Part shown: positions 27,101 through 39,900 of the stretch, in pieces
Layout: each line of letters starts with the position of its first letter
How positions within the stretch are numbered: the stretch's first letter is position 1
NCBI GenBank assembly: GCA_043228905.1
Contig: JBHGNT010000021.1
Coordinates: forward strand, 1,612,001-1,676,000
Origin: Azolla caroliniana
Taxonomy: Eukaryota > Plantae > Polypodiophyta
Direction: 5' to 3'
DNA length: 64,000 bases
Notes under the pieces: model-generated
Told to the model about the DNA's origin: nothing
Databases searched by the model: none
The model's input: the letters and a program-made list of their open reading frames with translations, nothing else
Made by a program: the position numbers and the translations under genes

Positions 27101-29500
27101 ATGCAACTGCTTAATAGATCTCATGTTTATGATAGGGCTGGAGTCCGATAAATGAAATCTTTTTATATAAATGTTATTTTAGTTGTGATCCTAACGTTCT
27201 GCTATGGTTCACAGATTCTATTCTGGAACTGTTGCAGGAGCTCGAGAGGCATTTATATGTGGTGTGCCTGCAATGGCTCTATCATTTAATTGGTATTCAT
27301 TTATCATGCCTACAAATTTTCCTCCTTAACCCAATTTTCTTTGATCTGCATTTAATTAGTGATACTTTTCTACTAAATAATCAGGAAGGACGATGAAAGT
27401 AGTAATTCTGATTTTAAGACTGTAGCTGGTATTTGTATACCTTTAATCATGGCAGTTCTTCGTGACCTCAGAAGAGGAGTTTTTCCGACGGGATTTTTCT
27501 TTAATGTTGATGTTCCTACCAATCCTTCAGAAAACAAGGTTTGAATACATATACATATATGTACGTACCTATGTATGTATGTATGTACATCGTGAAGGAT
27601 TTATAGGTTTACACTTAATCCATTCCAGGGATTCAAGGTTACGAGGCAGGGAACATCAAAATTGGCTGCAAAGTGGATTGCAGTCTCGCCATACAGCAGA
27701 GTCTTATCTGAGGGTCCTTTATCCAAGGAAAATGCCATAGACATACAACTTGCACAAATTGGTAAAGCTGCTACTGGTGTGGTAAGGTTTACCTGTAAAC
27801 TTGTATATTTCCGAAGAAAATTAATAGAGAAATCTACTATTGATTTTCTTAACTCAATGCTTAAGCCGGAAGATTGCGAGGAAACCTCAAAACAGAGCTT
27901 TCCCTAAGAAAAGGAAAAAACGTGCTCAGTCTTATTGTGTGTATGGTTGATTTAGGTGAACTGTGAAAGAATAGAACTATAGGTGCAGTCGAGAATCCTG
28001 TGATACTGCAGACTGTGAATGCCTATGTATTATGCTCAGATGCTGTGCTTCTCATGGAAGTTGAGGTTGCACATGCACTGGCAATGGTGTTATCCCTTCG
28101 CAGAGATTTGAAGTTCTAATGACCCTTATCAAAGCAGCTTGAGATGGAAAAATGTGACTCTTAGCATTTAAATTCCATGCAAGGTTGGTCTTTATTATGC
28201 ATCTTACGGTAACAGAGATAATCATGGTTAAGCATGCTATCATATTTTATAGATTACTTCCGTAGGTAAATGATTGATACTTCACTGGAGTCACTGCCGT
28301 TTTTCGTCTTCATAAAATGACAGCTGTGGTGTGTTTGAATCAGAATGCCATTATGGGATATTTCCCTCCATGTAATAGAACACTATTGTTCATTTTTCTT
28401 GCAGTAACTGATGACCTACATCTGTTTTTCTCATGTGTAATACTCTCCCATGGAGCATTTGCATGTTTTGTATTCCAAAAAGGAAAACGGGAGAAAGCAA
28501 GTGAGGATTACTCATGTTTGTAACCCCACAAACAATCTAGACGCATCAGTAATCCTCATTTGTATGATACGAATTTGGATGGTTTTCTCTCTTGAATTGT
28601 GCAATTCTTTAGCTGAAATCATCATCCTTGTTTGGTGTTACTGCAGGGCAAAACATGTCAGATGAATTTGCCTTGCAAGAGCATGGAAATTGGATCAGTG
28701 GCTGGGGCTTGTAATGGTACCAAACCCCCTTCCGATTCACAGGAAAAAATGCATTTTCGCAATCAGGTGATTCGATGTTGACAAAATATTTAGTTGGGTT
28801 GCCTTACATGTTTCTAATTTTCATCACGCCTGCTACGCAAAGGTTCTTTGAGTGACTGAAGGTTTATGTATGTTGTTGGAAACGCATGATTAGAAGCATT
28901 CATGTGCTGGTAAGTCCTGCTTTGCATTCGCAACTTCATATTTCAGACAGAAGGGCTGACATGTAGCTGTAAATAAAGTGCAAAGCACAGAATTTGAATC
29001 TTCTATATTTGTATGAATAATTTGTGTGACCAAGTCTTGTCTAGCTCTGGAGACTTGAGAGAATTTGCCATGCATCCATTATATTTTACAGTTGATGTCA
29101 ATGTGGCATGGAATTATTGAAATTATAATTTATTTTCAATGGGTGACCAATACGAGACAACTGCACCATCATCAGTTTGTGGTTTTACATCAAATTTCTA
29201 ATATTCATGTAAGCTTAGATTTAACATTGACGTTGACATTTTGTAGTATGCTGAAATAGAAATTGGAGATGAAAGTAGCGAGTACGATTTTGGGGCTCTG
29301 CATGCAGGATATGTAAGTGGTGTTTAATTTGACACCTCTGTTACATTGTTACCTAACTTATAAACAAGCCTCTCTTTATTCTGTTTTAGGTGACCTTAAC
29401 ACCACTTGGGTTGTCAACTCACTACCAACCAGAGTTGTTTCATCAAGCAGTTGACTGGGTCTCCAAGTCTCTGAAGTTTTCACCCACGTCTTCTCTCTAG
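23750..29500 (+). CDS. surE: SurE-family 5'-nucleotidase/acid phosphatase, 10 exons, C-terminal SSL (PTS1-like)
   Basis: Exons 23750-23994, 24265-24377, 24516-24583, 24667-24710, 27215-27292, 27385-27538, 27629-27781, 28647-28766, 29247-29312 and 29390-29500. Motifs [64 protein letters not shown]. Confidence 0.93.
24110..24195. repeat. (GT)n(GA)n compound microsatellite in SurE intron 1
   Basis: Direct reading of the sequence. Confidence 0.95.
26340..26640 (+). mobile_element. Degraded Ty1/Copia RNase H remnant in a SurE intron
   Basis: [11 protein letters not shown]...[28 protein letters not shown]...[11 protein letters not shown] resembles CEAIWLRRLL...AIALAKNPVFHARTKHIDIRYHFIRELV...QVADIFTKAL. 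Confidence 0.75.
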
Positions 29501-30967
29501 ATTTCTAGTATTGAACGATACAAAAAGCTCATACCTGTTAATTCACTGTTTAATGTCTCAATGAGTTCTTGTTATAATATTGGTTTAGAAGAACTGACAT
29601 TGAGAGATTTGAAGTGGCTTATGTTAAAAAGTTTCTCCTCGATTGAAAATCTATGATGACATTAATAAGCCCAATCATTTTAGCCATTGTACATGTCAGA
29701 AACATAAAGCTCTCTCTATGTGTGTGTGTGTGTGTGTGTGTGTTTACATACATCCCCCCCTTTCTCTCTCTGTCCAACTTGTATGTTTTAACAATAAACT
29801 CTTCTATAAAGTAAACTTACTTATGCTAGTTTTTACCTTTGATCCATCACGCAACATAAGAAATCCCTATATCTTTGGTACACATCTTAAATAAGAAGTG
29901 ACACTGTTGGGTTAATATTCTATCAAGAAGCTATGAGAACATAGGTTCAAGTTTTATATTAGCATAATCAACTGTCCAAAGTGTTTTGACTGTGAGAGGA
30001 TAGGTTCTTGGGAGAACAAATTACTTTGTTGGCACATTTGAGAGTGGTTGACATTATCTCTCACTTGCCTCACTAACAAGAAATTGATGGTGTATACTTC
30101 TGTTGCATGTTAAGTATGTAGGACATGTCACTTTTTCATAACTTCTTCCCATGCCATTATTCATTGCAATGTGAACAGGACACAGGCCTCATACATTAGG
30201 CTCTGTTTCCTCTCTCATTGCTGCATCAAACATATCACTACTAGCAGGCATCAAGCAGTCATCAGATCCTATCCCATAATGATATGTATCTTTACTCACC
30301 TACTTAGTAGGTAGCTAGATACTGAATCCCTCTCATGTAGCCTCATTGGCAACTGTGCAAGTTTCACATTTTCAAGTGTAGCATAATTTCAAGCATTTTT
30401 CAGGCTGAAATTTTTCCAGATGTTATGATTCTTTGTAATTGATGCAAAACTACAATCTCTAGAGGCAATCTAATATTAAATATTCAATGGTGCATCAAAA
30501 TAACAAGGTCACGAAAAAGTACATTCTATCCTGTGAATATAACCTTTCAAACTCGAGCACATACGAAAATGCAGGGGTATGATCTTCCTTCTGTAGATTG
30601 AACCAGTAAATCTCCCTTCTGTAGATCTCAGTATCATATGTTTCAACATCTATCAAATGCCTAAATGCATAGCAGCATCTCTTTCTTTGACATAGCATTC
30701 CCATTTCCAGGCTCCACTGTACACAATATGTTTGATATTACATTCTGCCTTAATCACACTAATATATTAAGTCTATACCTTCCACCATTCACAAATCTAC
30801 ACAACCACGGCAAACACTACCACACACAGGACATGTGATCTCAACTTAAAACCAGTTAGTTCTCGGGCTACCACAATAAAGACATCATCATCTTCTTATA
30901 TCATAGGACATGAAGAGATGCAAAATATTTTCATATTGATGTAAATGGTTCTATAATAAAAATCACA

Positions 30968-33900
30968 TCAGCTATCAGATCTTTGCAATGGATGAGTGAC
31001 TGATAAAAGTGGTTTGACACACAATTTCGGTTTAGTATTCATTAGACTTCCAGAAACGACTGCAACTCCACAAATCGGAAATTTCTGAGTTCCCACAACA
31101 GGAAGAACTTCAACAATCACGACCATCTGCACAGAGCAGGACCCATAATATTAACCTATAATCCAGGAGATCAGAGCAGGTGATGAAGCATCGAAGTTAC
31201 AAAAAGTTCAACCAACCTGAGGTGTTTGGAGATCTACTACAATTAAATTTGAGACTGCCTTAGCAACTGCATCTGTTACAACATGTATACAATCCATTCG
31301 TCCAAGTACAAGTTCAGGCGGCTTACATCCATTCTCTTCTCGACTTGCTATACCACGTCGATTGTAGCGAATTGCAAACTGCACCAGCAGTGTGTGTACA
31401 TTAATAATCTCCATGTACCAAATGCAGTACTTTGCCAAACTTTCTATGTGCCACAAGATAGTTAATGTTTTTAACAAAAGTTTTCTCACTACAATTCACG
31501 AAATGATGTTGTATTTGTGTAACAATAAGTCCACTGCATCAATGGCACACTATAAGGGTGACTAACCAAATCCAAAATCACATTATTCTTTGCAGTTTTC
31601 AGATGCAAATTCAGGCTCAGATGTTTTTAGTAATACATTATAAAACTGATGAGAATCCTCGTCAGATGAAAACCTACAAATTAATGTTTGCGGCCAGGTT
31701 GTCTTAAGATTAGGAACAGTGAATAAAAAGAACATATAAATTCTCCTTAGAGATGAATATATAAACTCTCCATACAGAAAACATAAACACTGCTTGTCTG
31801 GAAACGGGATGAAGTTGTCTCAAGACCATGTCCACATCTCCTATAAAGTGGGAAGAATAATGTTACAACTTACAAGTGTGGCCAGACTATCAGAATTCTC
31901 CTTACCTGAATATCCAAGTACCTTCAAAGGATAGGAAAATGAAATCTCTCATACTGTTAACCTTTCTTTCCACCAGATCAATGCATTTTTGCATTTTTCA
32001 AACTCCATTCCCAGTTGCATGACTGCAAAGATCTGCAAACCAGTGAAACATAAGAGAGCACATGCCAATCCTAAAGGTGAGGCTCTTCAAATAAAGAAGA
32101 AAATTTTGGATGGCTTAGCCGTACAGGACAGTTGGAATCTCCAGATGCTTACATAAATTTCAATCACATATTGTATTGTATATATTCCTTTTTGCGACAG
32201 GAAATATGTTTTTGGGTTTTTTTATAATTTGGCTTAAGAGTCCTGAAATATTGCACTCTATTGCAAGCATTTCTGTCAATGGCTATCTTTGAGTAGCAAA
32301 TTCAAGGAGTACAGTAGTTTTTCTACCTGATAAATATCAATGTCAGATAAGGATATTTGATCTCAAAAAATTGGTTTATTGGTTCCAAAAAGAATTAATG
32401 GTTTGGTTTGGTTTGGTTTGGTTTGGATTTTCGATAAACGGTTCGGTTTCAGTTAGGTTCAATTCTAAAACACAGGTTTATAGGTTTATAGGTTTGGTTT
32501 AAAGGTTTATAAGTTTATTAATTTAATGGTTTTTATTGATTTAATTAATTTATCTTAAATGTTTATTTAATTTAATGGTTCAATTAAAGTTTCTTTTATT
32601 GATTTAATAAATTTAACTAAATGCTTATTTAATTTAATGTATTTTTGTTTATTTAGATGTTTAATTAGTTTGATTTAAATGGTTAGGTTTAACTTTTTTA
32701 TTAAATGGTTCGGTTTGGTTTCAACTTTTCCCTAAACAGTTTGGTTTGGTTTTTGTTTTATATAAACGGTTTAGTTTCGGCTCAGTTCAGTTTCTTTGCC
32801 TTGAAACTGAGCCGAACTGTGCCCATTGCTAGAGACCACCATCAAAATAGACTGGGAAATGATATACATAACAATATCTTTCTCTGATTTCATAATATAC
32901 CGGGAAATGATATACAATGACGTACTAGAATTCATGACTGGTATGATACACAACAAAAATCCAAGATGGAAAGAAGCAAGTGTTCATAGGAGGTGGTTTC
33001 GGGAAGGCTACAGTTTCCTTACATCACTATGTTAATACCAAGTAAATTCTAGTTTGAATAACTTTTGCAGTGACATCTGAAAACCCCAGACATAGAGCAC
33101 ATATTGATTAGTCTAAACATTTTTAGTGCACTGTCTGCAGAAGCACATGTTGCCCCTTCCATAAGAATATGTGAAGGTGTGGATATGAAGTTCCTTAGCA
33201 TGATACTAGGTATGCTATGATTGGGAAGAGAGAATCACAATCCCATTTACAAAGCTCCTGTCATCCATGTCCACTCCAAACTTGAAAGTCAAAAAAATTG
33301 TTAGAAGCATCTAGATCACCTTTTTTAAAGAAAAATTGATGATACTTTCTACTATGTGTTATCCGTTCACATTCATCCATATGCATTGTTCGAGTGAGTG
33401 GGGGATGAATAATACAGTAGTACAACACATGAAATGTTGATTAGCACATCTACATCAGTAAATGGATTATATAACAACTACCTTAAGTGGCTGATCTTCT
33501 GTTGGAAGGAATCCCTTCAGGTGCTGCTTTACAAGACCAAACACTAATGGAGCTAAACTTTCTTTTGATAACAAACAAGTGGCTTGAATCGGTATCATAC
33601 GTTGACACCACCTGCATAGTAAATGAAAATTCTTGAGCCATTTCAGAAATTGAAATCTAGTTTCCATAAAGTTCTGATCCCTAGAAACATTTCAAATGTA
33701 ATACATGACAACGGCAAATTAACATTAAATAGAGCTAGTCTGACCACTGTAGTTCAATGTACGGCATGGTACATGTAATAGTTGATGTCAATCACGATTG
33801 CCATGCTTTACCTACGTGTGTCAATTTGATGAATCCTTTCCACCTAATGACTACAATAATCATGAAAACTTATGACAGATTGCATAGGCCATGTAGGGAT

Positions 33901-36900
33901 TAAGGGTGATTATTTGAGTAGTTAATATCACCATGACAGAACTGTGACTGAGAGAACCTAAGTCAAGCAATAAGCAATGAACCCCATTCCTTGAGTACCA
34001 TACATGCTTGTGAGTGATGAGGATCTTCGGTTCTCCAAAGGATCCAAATACTTGAGTGCCACATTATATCATCTGATAAAATCCACATAATTCCCAAACG
34101 TGTTGAGTTTGTTTTCCAAAACATTGAAACACCCAATTGTGTAATATCCCAGAAACTGGTGTTGAAAAGATGGGTAGAAAATTTCGTCTGGGCAACCTTT
34201 AAATGCACACAGAAAGGTCATGCCTGTGACTTCCAATGGACAAATTCGTTTGCTCTGTGTGTTGAGATCCAATCAGGCAACTGGTTAGTCAACATTTGCA
34301 TTACCTAGAGACACACAAGGTGTCTTGCAATATTCCTATGAGTTAGGACCTGCCTTCGCGATCCCAAAGCCAATTAATCACATTCTGTGCAATGGATGAG
34401 TGCTGATTTGGCAGTATTAATATGTGGGAAGTCAAAGCAAACAGGTTCCAGATGTCCATGACCCTACAAAGATTGCCTTCAAAAACATAAATACATAATC
34501 TGCTTAGGCTTACCCAACTAGTTGTTGCTGACAGGGGACAGGCAAACGTATCACACCTCCATTTGTATGCAAATGGGATAACATTGTCAAAATTGGGTGA
34601 GTTGCACGTGGAAAACTCAAAGAACTGGAGGAAGCCCCTGTCTGACAAATCTCGAAAGGAATAATGGCTCTGTAACTCCAATCTTTCTCTCTCACTCTCT
34701 CTCGAAGACAAAAGTTATAATATATCTAACTTGAGAATCTTACATGTGCCAAAAACCAGATTCTTTAATCTTTTTTTATCTTATTTACTTTTATATTTAC
34801 TTAGAAATACTTATTTTATTTTGATTTGTTGTTCTCAAAGACAACACAACACTTAAGATGTAATTTCTTGTTTGGTCTTATCCACCATTTTGGCCTCTTA
34901 AAAGACGTTAATATCTTTCTTTCTCTCTCTCTCTGGTTTTTACAGACAACAAAAATTGAAAAGAAAATTGGGAAAGAGAAGACCATAATCTTCCACACTT
35001 ATCGGCATTTTGGCCTCTTAAAAGGTGTTAATATCTTTCTTTCTCTCTCTGGTTTTTACAGTCAACAAAAATTGACAAGAAAATTGGGAAAGAGAAGACC
35101 ATAATCTTCCACACGCTCATGCCAACTTTCCGACAAGCTGACTGCACCCTAGCAGGAGGCCAAGTTGAAGTATTGGATTCTATGCGTATTTAGTAGTAAC
35201 ATTTCTAGGCACAATTTAATTACACGTAAGGTGTCTAAAGCATCAAAGGAAATGACAAAACGGAACAATGGAGAAGAGTCGTGCTATTCATAGATTATGA
35301 AGTGGTTCAACACCAATGGCCTTTTCTTAAGAAATGAAACGGCTCATTTATCCGCAGTTTTCATTCCACATCTCCAAAACAATGGGGAACTATGAAAAGT
35401 ATCCTGAAGGGTCATAGGCCATCACCATCATATTCTATCATAAAATCAACGAAGACACAATAATATCTGTAAGGCCAAATTGGCATCAGAAATACACACC
35501 CTGGTCATTGTCCTATTACAAATAGATACTTTTGGCATAAAGATAAAATCAATAAAGTGAATAAAATCACATATCTAATAAGAAATAATCTCTGAAATAC
35601 CTCCTCATTTTCCGTATTTCCCCAAATGCCCCTAAGCATTTATTATTCCACCGAATGCACCTAAGTATGACCTATTTGACCAATCTCATGGTTCATTGAT
35701 CCCTTTCTTCTCTTTTCCAAGGGTTGCCCAAGGGTATTTCAGAAAATAACAGAAAACACAGGCACTTTCTGCAAATTAAAGAAAAAATCAGGAATATTTC
35801 CGAGTTCTTCCCTATAGAATCAAAAAAGAATAGGGTTGCTTTGTTTTAAATTAAATTATCCTCAGTTGATTACATCCGAATGGATTTCTCAGTTAACCTT
35901 TTTCCACATGACAACAGATAATAAAATATAAACAAAAGAACAGAAACGACCTTAAAGGACACTTTGCACCGGTTAGAATATCTTCGAGAACTTTAGATAA
36001 TATATCTACAGGATCATCTACATTGGTGTTCTCCAAAAATATTGAAACGATGCCTTTTTGAGCCATTTTCAGAAAAAACACAGCACATCCATTATCCAAG
36101 TTAGATTTTTCACGTTCAGCATCACTCCGCTTTAAATTGACTGTAATGCTTTCCTTCCCATCTATTTCATGTAATCCCTGAATTGCATTGCTTGAAGGTG
36201 AACATCTTACTTCATCATCTGCAGATCCTTTTAGTGAAGCCTCCATAGTGTCATACGTCTCTAAAATGGCAAAAATAAAATAAAAAGAATTGAAACTTAT
36301 GTCAAACAAAACTCGGAAAAACACGCATCAAATCTCTCCCCTCCCTCCCTCTCATAAACCAGATTCGAACCATGCCACCTTGAAGAGTTATACATAGGGC
36401 ATTTGAAACATTGAAGCAAATGGCAGCAACAGAACACACAGAAGGATCATGGCACTCACAGGTGATGAAGTGGTTCAACAATGGCCTCAAATCAAGAGCT
36501 TGCCATTCTTTCTGATTTTGTACACCTCTTCCAAATGATGAAATAACAAGGTATGACAACAAGGCAGTTATATATCCAAAAGACTTGGCTTATACCGAGG
36601 GAGCCACTTTCCCCAAAGATAGCCTACTACAGAGATCATTTCATGAACTTTTCAAAGGATCGATTCATACAGAGACAGAGGTTCATAGGCATTAACATGC
36701 CCCAAAGTGCTCACAAAGAAATAAGCCAACTCAAAGTTTCCTCCCACCAACTAGGATTAGAATTAGAATTAGAATTTTTATCGTCCATAAAGAGCCCAGT
36801 TTTGACCTATGGGACCAAAGTATACATGTGTTCTTGATATTTGTGTCTCCTTCCTAAGAAGGGGTATTCATACTTTGAAGCAAAAAATCTCTATGCGTGA

Positions 36901-39900
36901 ATAAAGCATACACATATGAGCTCAACCTTCTAGGTGGTCTCAAGTATGGCACTTAAGTTATCACTCCCTCTTAGTATGTCAACATATCTTGAACAAATTG
37001 CACTATATGTCGAGCATGTGAAGAGCAAGTGACATTCATCCTCTACCATGCCTTCATTGCATACTTTATATGCCTTCAAATTCGTTACATTTTGATACAA
37101 TGATGCAACTTCAATATCTAACTTGTGAGATCAAGTGCGAAGTAGTGTAATGGCTCTAAGAGCATTACTACTCATATTGGTAATGAGATAAGGTTGGATC
37201 GATCAATTGGCATTCTTGCTTTATACTGAGACCAACATTCAAGGTTGACATTTGCAATGTAGTATTCTAGCTTTGTCCTCATAGCATCTTCCCACTTCAT
37301 CCTTAATGATTCCACCAACCTTTCCTCGATCATTACATAATGCATAGCATTGCCTGAAATCTCTAAAAGATCATCCACACCCCATCTTCTAAACCATTTC
37401 CTTATGTCAACAACCCAACCGAATGAGAGAATTTTACTCTTATGATTCTTTTGTAGTTTACATCCAACATTCCAAGCAAGTTGTGGTAATCGATGATTCG
37501 GCATATTCTTGACTTTTGTAATGTATCTATATACTCTTTGGAGTGCCAATATTTCTATGGGTCGAGCACCTGTTTCCAAGAGCATAACCTAGTAAGAGGT
37601 AGTGCATTTAACTCCTAATTGTCTCCTTAAAAACATCTTTTGAATTTTCTCAATCTCATTCCATGCATTAAGAGATATGGTGCCACCCCATATTTCTACT
37701 CCATAAAGCAATACTTGAATTACCATGGCATTGAACAACATTAGTTTTACTTCCCATCCACAAGTATCACTTTGGTTACATTGGTTCTCCAAAAGGTAAT
37801 ACGATTTCCAGCCAGCTTGAAGCCTAGAATCAAAGCATGGGATTGAGGAAGCACAAGTACTTTACATTTGTAGGTGCCCAGCTTTCAACCACATTGAAAA
37901 GAAGTATGCTACCCCAGCTTTCAACGAGGCAACGGAGGGAGCAGCCCCAATAATCATCAATGCATTATTCCAATCAGTGATGAGTATCCAATGGCTTTGA
38001 GAGCTACCTAAATGAAGGTATTCGAGATTGGCTGAACATAGAAATATTCATCATTGGTATGCTGAAATGCAACAAAGGTTTGAGTCACATGGCATAAGCA
38101 TATACATATGCACTATCCCCCGTTCCAATATAGCTTGGATTGTCCCTATCTAAACATTACTAAATTGGAAAAGAACAAAGTGATCTGAACTGATATTATC
38201 GACATGGAAAACAAAATAACATGGATCAGCCCCACAACATCTCTTGGTAGGAAGATGGCCCACTGTAAGACACATTACCTAATCTTCTTCTTTGGTAAAC
38301 GGTGCCTAGGACTTTTCTTGCTAGAACTCAAGAGAGATAGGGAAAAGTTGTTGAAGGACAATATTATAGCCACACAAGCTCATCCACAAAGGACAATCAC
38401 AACTTTCTTTAGCCCCATCTACTAATGCTACAAGTCAATCATGGGATACACAAATGGGCTCCCGACCAGGACATAACAAAGGGGTTACAATAGATTGGGC
38501 AATAGCAATTTGTAGTGCACGTAGGCCCCGACCCCATGGATCACGTCCACAACACCCTTGTCATCGACAAATAAAGGTCATTATCTCCCGCCATCGCAGG
38601 TGCTTCCCTTGCTTTGGAGACCTCTCCATTCTGGATCGACCTATGCTAGAGATCTTTCGAAGACAAAAGTTACAATATATCTAACTTGAGAATCTCACAT
38701 GTTCCAAAAACTAGATTCCCTCGTCTGTTTTTATCTTATTTACTTTTATATTTACTAAGTAGTACTTATTCTATTTTGATTTGTTGTTCTCAAAGACAAC
38801 ACAACACTTAAGACATAATCTCTTGTTTGGTCTTATAGGCCATTTTGGCCTCTTAAAAGACGTTAATGTTTCTTTTTTGATTTTTTACTTTGTTTCTCTA
38901 TATCTCTATCTCTCTCTCAGACCAATTGTCTTGGTCAGTTACACAATAGCATCCACTGTCATAAATGAGATAACCCAAAGTCAATCCTTGCCATGGAGTC
39001 AGCCCCATCTCATAGGTCATATTTCAGTCTCTTATGGATGTTTAAAAAATCTTTCAGCAACTTAAAATGGCCGCGGATTACCAAAAGGAGTTCACCCACT
39101 TGATTGCATACTAATATTTAAATCCTTGTTGAAGAAGGAAGAGCTACTAATAGGAGAATCTATTGGTATTTTGTGGATTTCTTGAAGGCCTTTGACATAG
39201 CTCTATGTGCTCTTGCAGCTACTAGAGACCCTCGGGGTCCTGGCAGATATCTAATGGGGGGATCTATGAGCTACATAAATCAGTGTCTAAACAAGTGAGT
39301 GCTCCAAATTGGTTATCAAAGATAATGTTTAACATGATTGATACCCACTTTCATCCACTCTCTTATGTCTTTATAATAGATTAGGTATTTAATTTTGTAG
39401 AAAGAAGAAATATACATTTTTTAAGAGGCCAAGATGTCCTATACTGAACAAGAGATTGGGTTCCTTATAAGCATTTGGACAAAGATAACCATATCAATAT
39501 ATGTGGTTATTATATATGGGCGAAGATAACCATAGACATATTACTATATATGTATGATATTGTGTTCATTTTCACCTCTCCATACGGACTAAAAAAGTAT
39601 AGAAGCTTTAAAGTCATTTTTTACAGATAATTATCATTTCTCTTGGTTCATAGTAATTCACACCTAGCTGTAGGCACTCTTTTTACCCACATTGTATTAT
39701 GGATTTATTATCACGACTTCTTATACACATCTACCTCATGCTCTCTAGAGTGCAGTACGGCAGGTCAGGAACTCCTCGCAACAATTAGTAATTGAGATAG
39801 GTAGCTGCCATTGTGTTGTTTTATGAAATAAGAGGGAGATATTGTTGCCTCTTTGAACAAGGCTTTGCACCACTATACAATGTAATAGAATACATAGACC

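Noticed and set aside
30495-30704. 69-aa minus-strand ORF downstream of THUMP
   Set aside because: No homology recognised; probably within the THUMP 3' UTR or intergenic region
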